Notes under the pieces: model-generated
What the model was told of the DNA's origin: nothing
Seen by the model: the letters and a program-made list of their open reading frames with translations, nothing else
Database searches by the model: none
Made by a program: the position numbers and the translations under genes
From: the human T2T-CHM13v2.0 reference genome, Homo sapiens
Assembly (NCBI RefSeq): GCF_009914755.1
Contig: NC_060933.1
Length of the DNA stretch: 64,000 bases
Reading direction: 5' to 3' (one strand)
Shown here: in pieces, positions 55,225 through 64,000 of the stretch
Layout of the letters: each line of letters starts with the position of its first letter
Position numbering within the stretch: the first letter of the stretch is position 1

Positions 55225-55714
55225 CTGTTCATGTTGTACCATTTTTAATTTTTTTGTTAATGAGGGTTCCCTAGAATTATCAAGTTCATATAACAGACAT
55301 CCAAAGAATATTAAGAACTTCCTGTCCAGAGACAACATAGAATGGAAGCATGAACACAAACAAGGAGTCTTCATTTATTTTCCTGCTTCCATCTATTCAT
55401 GTAGCTTTGGACAAGTTACTTTCCTAGGTTTTCATTTTTTTTTTGGAATCCCTGAGAATTTCATAATATGGGTTCTGTAACTTTAACTATATTCAGTGTC
55501 CTCTTTCCAAACTGGGACCTATAGCCTACCCTTTCGACCTAACTTTCGGCAATACTTCCAATTTCTTTGTTTATTTTTCTTTTGAATCCTACCAAAGTAA
55601 CAAAACATCAACCTAACCATCCTTGCTCTTCACTTCAACTTCAGTTCTACTGAGGCTGTTAGGAAGTCACCAAAGTTTTATATCTGTGCTTCATGATTTC
55701 CCACTAAATTCCAC

Positions 55715-56134
55715 TATGGTGGTTAATACCGAGTGTCAACTTGATTGGATTGAAGGATGCAAAGTATTGATCCTGGGTGTGTCTGCGAAGGTGTTGCCAA
55801 AGGAGATTAACATTTGAGTCAGTGGGCTGAGAAAGGAAGACCCACCCTCAATCTGGATGGGCACCATCTAATCAGCTGCAGGCGTAGCCAGTATATAAAG
55901 CAGGCAGAAAAATGTGAAAAGCTTAGACCGGCATAGCCTCCCAGCTTACATCTTTCTCCCGAGCTGGATGCTTCCTGCCCTTGAACATTGGACTCCAAGT
56001 TCTTCACCTTTGGACTCAGACTGGCTTCCTTGGTCCTCAGCTTTCAGACGGCCTATTGTGGGGCCTTGTGATCACATGAGTTAATACTACTTAGTAAACT
56101 CCCATATATATATATATATACACCAGCTAATACA
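55715..56134 (+). mobile_element. MLT2A1 (HERV-L) solo LTR
   Basis: ggttaataccgagtgtcaacttgattggattgaaggatgcaaagtattgatcctggg ... ctaataca. Near-perfect 5-bp TSD tccac / tctac. Confidence 0.92.
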
Positions 56135-57835
56135 TCTACCCTCAAGGCCTCTTAGGGATGTATTGAGTGCTTCCCTAGTCAGCTCCCTTTTCCTTTCCTC
56201 ATGATGAAACTCTTTTCCTTTCCTCATGATGAAACTCTCCAACATCTCCAATAGAACAGACTGGAGACTTCTAGTGACTTTTGCCTGACAATGCCTTATT
56301 CTCACTTTCCGAAATCCAGTTCATCAGAGGAAATGTAAGTGGACATCCCATTGGCTAATCTCTCACCTTTTTCATAGCCATGAACTATGTTATTTTTCAT
56401 GCACACTATACCTAAAAACCCATCATCTGAATATCAGAACTGGTCCTAAATTGGATGCTTCAGTGGGAGATTTGTCTTCAGTTGCCTGCTATACTCACAT
56501 TCCACTTGCAGCACCTTTTTCTGTCCTCTCAGCACTTTGCTCAAACTATTTAACTAGCCAGAATCCCTAGGCTTTCCAGTTCTCTTCTATAAGACAAGAA
56601 ATTAATTTAGGACAAATGAAAGCATACTCAACTGCTAAAGTCACCCTCTTCAGGGAGCATTTGCATTTTGAAATAAGCTTGACAAAACAGGTTTCTTCTT
56701 TGTTAGAGAATGAGTCCTCTATTTGGATTTTCTAGTATACTGACTTACAAAAAGAGGGATAAGTATGAGGTAGAGGCACCCCTAAAATAAAAAAGCACCT
56801 CTTCTTCTAATGTAAAGGATCGAAAGTGAGAATATGTTGTTTCGTTTGATTCTGTGGGGGTTAGATTTTGTGTGATTGTATGAGAAAGATAATTTGTATG
56901 TTTTGTTGTCCACCATATTCTAAGGTTTAAAATACTTATAAAATCAGATGGAGAAATGAGTAACAGGAAATTATTATATTATCTAAATGCATCTCTGATT
57001 TACTTACTAAACTGCATAAAAACTCATCACATGCAGTGCACAGTAATAATACTGTATAATAATGATCTGTAGTGATTCACCAAACACTTTCTATTCCTCA
57101 GTCATGAACAGTCTTAAAAGTACAGAGAAAAATCCATTTCATCCCCAATAGCTATTATAACTAACTACATATTAGTGTTATGTGTTTTTACTTAAACTGT
57201 AGAAAATTATTATACAACATATTTTATATAGAACAGTAACCTCACAAAAATTTCTAAGAAAAAGGGATTTCGTGGCTATATAAGTTTAGGAAGAGCTGTA
57301 AACTATATAACCTCTTGGAGATTTAAAATGCACTTGACCCTATAAAAGGCTTTGATTTGCTCTACAGTAAAGAAATCTAACTTTTTTGGTAAAACTTTCC
57401 CCAAATTGATTAGACCACTGAACTCTCCATTTTACATAATGCCCTTAACATTCTGAACCAGTATACTTCATAACATATTTTGGGAAACATTCTGGTAGAC
57501 TCTTGTCCATTGGGAGGGATATATTCTGGAGCTCTCATAAATCCCCAAATTCATGAATATCACTGTAGCATATAATTTCTGTCATAAAATACACAAATGT
57601 TGATCCTTATTGCAACAGTCACTGAAACACTTTGCTGAATTGTTTTCCCTGTCTCTGTGAGCAGTACATGGTAGACTCATTCATGTCATAAAGTCCAAAT
57701 ACCTTCACTGAATTAGGCACTAAACTCTTCATTTACCCCAAACTTCATTGGTTAAAACCTGCTATTTCCTTGACTTCTTTATTTTTCCTTTACTTGTACT
57801 ACAAGGATTAGCAAAGGAGAGTTCTGAGGACAATT

Positions 57836-57914
57836 TCTCTCTCTTTCTCTCTCTCTCATAAACACAGGCATGCACACACCACACGCACACACGCAAACAC
57901 ACACACACACACAG
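57836..57914. repeat. (CT)n plus (CA)n simple repeats
   Basis: Direct reading. Confidence 0.9.
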
Positions 57915-58164
57915 AGTTTTGTTTTGTTGTTTTTGTTTTGCATTGTATTCTTTGGGGCAAGAGGGTAAATTGTGATGCAAGCTCTCAAGGCACTACACGT
58001 ATATAAGTGGAAGTAATATATAAACATGTATATATTATGAACATATATGCACACACATATATAACATATATACATATATATGAAATCAAACTTTCTGTTT
58101 AACCCATAATGATATACCAATCAAACAGGAATTTTGGGAAATGCTGGTGTCATATTGGAGAAGA

Positions 58165-58340
58165 TTTTAGAGTCAAAAGAACTGGGTGTACTCTAGGCAC
58201 CTTAAGCAAGTTACTTTATCTCTTTAGGATGTATAGTCCTCATCTGCTAAACAGGATTACAAGAGTTTGACAACTAGCCGAGATAAGGTATGTAAAGTGT
58301 CTGGCACCTAGGAAAATATCAAAAGGTAGTAATAATTATA
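58165..58340 (+). mobile_element. MIR SINE
   Basis: agagtcaaaagaactgggt...ccttaagcaagttactt...tatgtaaagtgtctggcacctagg. Confidence 0.7.
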
Positions 58341-58395
58341 TAAGGAACAGCATCATATCTGAAATGAAGTCTATAAAGATTTCATGCATGCCCAC

Positions 58396-58536
58396 CTGTA
58401 TAGACATCAAGGCTAATAGCATGTTTGATTTTATCAACACCGTTTGCGAGCTAGTTCAGATTTAAGTAGTATGAAAAATTCAATAAACATCTCTTCCAGC
58501 CCTAAATAAAGAGGATGATACTCCGTAACCGAAATT
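58396..58536 (-). ncRNA. Candidate antisense lncRNA exon (141 nt), possibly LURAP1L-AS1
   Basis: Minus-strand acceptor ttattctctatttactttcag| and donor CAG|gtgggc. Identity inferred from the locus only. Confidence 0.45.
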
Positions 58537-58829
58537 CTGAAAGTAAATAGAGAATAACATCTTAGAACCAGTGCTCTTCTCAGTGTAGAGGCCAACAGCA
58601 CACTAATTTTACATGCTTCTCCGTATCGTGCGTCATCTTCTGGAATTAGCAATCTTTTTCTTTGAAAACATAGCTGGATGCCAACTTTCTACTTATTCCT
58701 ATTTAGGTCAATGCTCGGTAAGTATTTTTTTAGTAAAGAAATTAACATTAGATGAAATTATTGATAGTCCAAAGAGCAGAGATTTATAGCACTGACAACA
58801 GACAAAAGAAATGATAGTCATCTGCTTAC

Positions 58830-58902
58830 TTTTCCACATAGAAGTTATTCTTTTTTTCTTCTCATATCCTCTATTTGACCGCTCAAATACTCTCCATCTT
58901 GC
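58830..58902 (-). ncRNA. Candidate antisense lncRNA exon (73 nt), possibly LURAP1L-AS1
   Basis: Minus-strand acceptor catctttttttgtttcag|G and donor AAA|gtaagc; purine-rich exon body. Confidence 0.5.
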
Positions 58903-61850
58903 CTGAAACAAAAAAAGATGTGAATATAACATAATAGTAGAAAACTTTCATGTTCGATCCCCCTTTGTTCTACTTCCCTGTGTTGTGGCAGTGAAATTGG
59001 ACAGAATCTCTATGAGGCAATGTGTCACAAATGGCAGGAATACAATACTTAATACACCATCATCTCTCTCTGACTTATAGACACAAACACACACACACAC
59101 ACACAAAGAAACCCATAGTATAGTAGATAGTGTTTCATGTGACTGATACCAAACAAAACACAAACAATGACTGGATTATTGCAACAACAGAGTCCATGCC
59201 ATGGTTTCTGGGAACCTTTGGCAGCTATCTGCAATTTTAAGTGCTTGTTTTGCTAACTTTATGTTAGCAGGACTGTGAGCTTCAAGATGTGTGCCTTGTC
59301 CATTTAAAGAAGTTCCACTCATTCTGTGTGCTTCTCACCACATGAAAATAAAGCCAGAGCAAACAAATAATGCTCAGGGCTGAGTCACTTCACAAACCTC
59401 ACTCGAAAAGAGTCTAGAAGGTCTTCTCACTTTCCCTGTATGGTATGGTAAAACCATAATATTAAGCTTGTGCAGGTCACCCTTTTTAAGATTAATTATT
59501 GTAGAAATCCTAATTTTGGAGGGGTATAGGGTAGGTTTTATTTGCTGTCATCTTGTCTGTTATAGATAAAACATTGATATGAAAGAAGAGGTCATCTTTC
59601 TTAAACAAGGTTAGGTAAAATTAATTCGTCCCTCCTAACAATCCTGTGATATAGATAGTATTAGCTTTCTAACATAGAAAATGAAAATTTGATCCAGCAG
59701 TTAAGCAACATGTGCCAAACCCTCAGGAGAACCTAGATTGTAGAGCAGGTACTCTAAAACCCAACTTAAATCTTCCTAATTTACACCTTTGTATGCCTTT
59801 TACTGCATTCATGAGCATGGTTCAGAAAATGTTTAGGAAACACCTTTGCCTAAGAAATATTTAATGAGGGCAAACAGTACAACTAAGAATAGTGTTATTG
59901 CTGGCAGCTTCCACTAAATCTATGCATACAGTATAAGAAGGTAAAAAAATCAGTGAACATTTTTGAAGGATGATAGTTGTATTTAAAAAGCAAATCATAA
60001 TCTTCTCTCACAAACACCTCCAAAGGTGCTTAATGAAAAATGAGAAGGTGTGAATGTTATGATCTCGGCTCACACTGAGGATTCTTGTAACTATAATGAA
60101 AAATCCTTGATAGATTATTTAATCTATTTAAGTATTGGTTTTCTAATACAAAATCAGAATTGTACAACTTGGGTGACTGGTAAAAAGAATGAGTAACTTG
60201 GTGGTGATACACTTAAGTTCACAATATTATTGCCTGTAAATTTCCTGTGAATACACAATCAACTGACAATCCTTTATTGCCCATATCAGTTCTAGATATG
60301 GTAAGAGATCAAAACAAACATATGACACACATCATCCTGGAGGAGCCTACAGGAATTTGGTGAGACAGAATTTACAGACATAAAGAATTAAAATGCACTA
60401 GAAGATAATAAAGAATCAAATTTTATGAAACATCTTGCTCTATCTAACCACTATTGTTATCCACATTTTTCCCCAAAAAACAACTAAAGTTTACCCTGTG
60501 AAGCCTTTTTTTGAATTTTCTAGCTTATAGATTCCTCTCTTAGGCACTGTCTATTTAAATCACATCTTTATCAATTAGCATATATCTTTGCCTTTTTAAT
60601 TAAAAAAAATATACAACCTACTTCTCCGATTAGTTTACAAGTCTCTTGCTCAAGGTCCATATATTATTCCTTCTCATATCTTCAAAGCCAGATGCTTTGT
60701 TTTGCACAATGAAGGTACTACTCATTTTTTCCAGATTATCATAAAAATGATGACAATTGTTAATGAAGTATGAATTCACAGAACAAAGCAGAACAAAGCA
60801 ACCACAAAGACAACAGCTGGTACCACTGAATTCACTTTACTGTGAGATCCAGCAGCGTGATAATTATGTCATTTTCATGTTTTATCTCTTGTTTTTGTCC
60901 TAACATGATGCCTGACACATATTAGATATGTCAATTTTTGACAAAGGAAGAAGAGTAGAAAGGGAGAGAGAATTGAAGGAAGGGAGAAATGAATCTGGGT
61001 ATTAACAAATGGACTGGAATATAAGACAAGGTGCGAATTCTAGGCAAGAGGAACATTATCAACAAAGGACAGGTGGTTGATATTGACAGTGTGTGAATAT
61101 GTATGTGTTTGTGATGTTATGTGGAGGCCATTCCAACTGGAACAAAAAATTTATTTTATTATGGACATTATGTTGAACAGATGAGACATGCTTTATGCTG
61201 TGGAAGCCATACTGTGAAAATTAGAATAAATAATTCAAAATTGGAGCTAGAGGCAACAAAGCCATTACAGATTCTTAAGATGATGAAAAGTATTTGTATT
61301 TGTTTTAAATTACTTAGAAAGAGCATCTTGCAAGTTAGGTGAGAAAACTACATTCAGATCAAAATGTGATCATGGAGTGATAAACTAGAACTACAGCAGG
61401 ATTGCCAAAATAGAAAAAAAATTACTGAAAGAAAATCAGTGGGGTTTGATGATTAACTGAATGTAATAGTAAAAGAGATAGAGACATCCTAAATATTAGC
61501 AAATCTCTAGATGGTGGGAGAGGTGGAACTCACAAATTGTGGGGCCCATACATTAAAATAAGGAAGTATGAAAAATAGTTGGTTTGAGGAAAGTTATAAA
61601 TTTAATTTTGGATATGGTGATTTTATAGAGTGGTGCATAATTCAAAGGGATATACTGTGGATTTTAAAAATAAAGGGATAGACAGAATGAAAAGCCAGGG
61701 AATTGGGAGTCACATGAGGTAGTAGAAAGGACCCCATATTAGAGACAAAATTACAAAGCCACAAGTTCTGTTCAGAGCAATGGAGAAGGTGTTTAGGGCT
61801 TGAATTATTATTTTCTTTAAGTCACTTAACATCTCTGAGTATTTATGTTT

Positions 61851-62163
61851 TTTTTTTTAATTTTTTTTTTTTTTTTTTTTTGAGACAGAATCTTGCTCTG
61901 TTGCCCAGGCTGGAGTACAGTGGCGCAATCTCCGCTCACTGCCACCTCTGCCTCCTGGGTTCACGCCATTCTTCTGCCTCAGCCTCTTGAGTAGCTGGGA
62001 CCACAGGCACATGCCACCACACCCGGCTAGTTTTTTTGTATTTTTAGTAGAGACGGGGTTTCACCGTGTTAGCCAGGATGGTCTTGATCTCCTGACCTCA
62101 TGATCCGCCTGCCTTGGCCTCCCAAAGTGCTGGGATTACAGGCGTAAGCCACCGCACCCGGCC
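61851..62163 (-). mobile_element. AluSc/Y with 15-bp TSD, inserted into a MIR
   Basis: Full Alu; tgagtatttatgttt at 61836-61850 and 62164-62178; flanks read as a MIR core. Confidence 0.95.
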
Positions 62164-62734
62164 TGAGTATTTATGTTTCTTAAAATATTAAAAGATCACA
62201 TTAGTTTCTGCTATTATTATCATCACATTATGAGGATAAAATAAAATGGTGATTATTAGAATTCTTGGAAATTGTCAAATCTTATGTAAGTCAAATTTAG
62301 AGATCAGAGGCAGAGGTATGATCTATATAGAGTTGGATTATCTGCTTTTCCTAGTATCTTACAGAGGAATATTACTCTCCCACATCTACTTTGAAAGCAA
62401 TAGAAGATAGCAAAACTATGGAAAACAAAGAAATTATTTTCTGAAAAAACAAATCCTAGGACTGGTTGAGTTTTCTTCTGTCAAGCAAACACTTTTATTT
62501 TCTTAATTATAAAATAAAAACAAGACACCCCTACTCACTTATCAAATTTGTTTTACAGGCTTCAGCAAAGGGACCTGAACAGGTGCAAAAACAGAGACCC
62601 TGAGTAGGTAGAAGAGAGAGGCAGTGGTGCTGGTGACAAGGCTATATGGCCCTCTGAAAGCACCGATCTACAAAGAACTAGACCACATAGAGACTTGATC
62701 ACTGGGGATTTTGACTAGAAACGGGAGAAAGCAT

Positions 62735-62950
62735 TTAATAATTATTAAGCACATGAACTCTGGATTCAGACAGAGGGGTGTTTATCCTCAGATAAACCAC
62801 AACTTCTAGCTGTGTAGCAATGGGATATTTACTGGTGAGCTAAGCCACTAATTATAATATGGAGACATAAGACAACCTACCTCCTGGTGGTGTTGTGAAG
62901 ATATGAGATACAGAGTAAGTACTCAATATGCACTAGTTGACATTATTATA
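62735..62950 (+). mobile_element. MIR SINE
   Basis: gcacatgaactctggattcagacag...ctagctgtgtagcaatggg...acctacctcctggtggtgttgtgaaga. Confidence 0.7.
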
Positions 62951-63024
62951 AGGAAATAGAATTAAATCTGCATTGACCAGCATGATGAGGACATCACTCT
63001 TTTCTACTTGAAGTTGTTAAATAT

Positions 63025-63200
63025 AAGAATAAAGAAAGGGATAAGAGAGAAAAGGGCAAGAAAGGAAGAAAGGAAGAGAGAGAATGCAGCAAGGATGGGT
63101 AAATAAAGAAGGGGAAATGGGATAAAAATGAGAAAGAACGAAGAGGCAAATAATGGAAAAGTTTGAAAAGAGCAATGGTAAAAGAAAACAGGGAAATAAT
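63025..63200. repeat. GA-rich low-complexity tract
   Basis: Direct reading. Confidence 0.7.
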
Positions 63201-64000
63201 GATTTAAATTAATACTTATAGTTTCAGATTTCTATATATTTTTCCTTGGCCATTATAATAGAAGCAGGACAAAATAAAATATAACTGGGAATGAAATTGG
63301 ATACAAATTTTACAGGAAAATTCATGGGAAGCAGAAGAAAAAGGGAGAAAAGAGCCTTGGTGTTGGACCTATGAGAATTGATTGCAAGTGTAAAATATGA
63401 CTTCATCTAGTTCTTTTCAGGGCCTTCTTTTTTCATATCTCTATCACTATTTAAAAATATTTCTTAAATAATGTACAATGCAAGCCTTCTTAGTCAAATA
63501 TGCCTTGGCCTTTATACACTACTTTAAACAAAGTACACTTACATAATTAGGAACGGTGCTATAATACAAAGCAAAGGTATTACATTACACCAGGAAACTT
63601 CAGTTCTATAAAACAGAGGTTATATTTTAGCAAACTAGCAAATCTTTTTTTAATCCCTATTCATACACAATTCAGAATGATGTAATGCCAGGTTATACAT
63701 CAACTAAACTATTCTTTTAAGGCATCTCTGACCCAAATGCCTGTGGAATCTGTCTGGAGTTGATAGTATGCTGAAGAAATGAATAAACTCTGTGCTTGAT
63801 CTTCTATAGATTACCACAGTTCTCATACAAGAACCAAAAATAACTCAATATAAGATACTCACATTATGCTTAGAAAATGAATATTAGTAAATGATGCAAG
63901 CTCATTGAGTTAGGACTTAATGCAGTTTTCTTGTGAATTGAGGTATCCTTCATATAGTCGGAGATTTACAGATTTGGTAACCAAGAGACTTTTTTTTTTT

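Noticed and set aside
58434-58932. Minus-strand 72-74 aa ORFs as a coding gene
   Set aside because: They run across the predicted splice sites, and the spliced product has only very short ATG-initiated ORFs.

Overview
This is primate, almost certainly human, genomic DNA. Bases ~1-9.6 kb hold the 3' half of TYRP1 (tyrosinase-related protein 1) on the + strand: coding exons 5-8, stop codon at 8518-8520, the 3'UTR and a poly(A) signal. The remaining ~54 kb is AT-rich, repeat-dense intergenic DNA: a near full-length L1PA8-like element, older L1M/L2/CR1/MIR fragments, Alus, MaLR/ERV1/ERVL LTRs, Tigger3 and a 7SL pseudogene. From recalled gene order at 9p23 it runs toward LURAP1L. I see no prokaryotic-type system, CRISPR array or new protein-coding gene. 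The most notable points are: (i) a GC-AG intron 5; (ii) a 3'UTR haplotype with two broken miR-155 seed sites; (iii) a ~162-bp templated inverted self-duplication with a snap-back filler inside the L1; (iv) two well-formed antisense exons at ~58.4-58.9 kb, probably of the antisense lncRNA LURAP1L-AS1, next to a MITF/SOX/AP-1 motif cluster; (v) an internally deleted 7SL retrocopy; (vi) an AluYd-type element; (vii) an MLT2A1 LTR with a DUX4-like site. Repeat subfamily calls are by eye from recalled consensus sequences and their boundaries are approximate.
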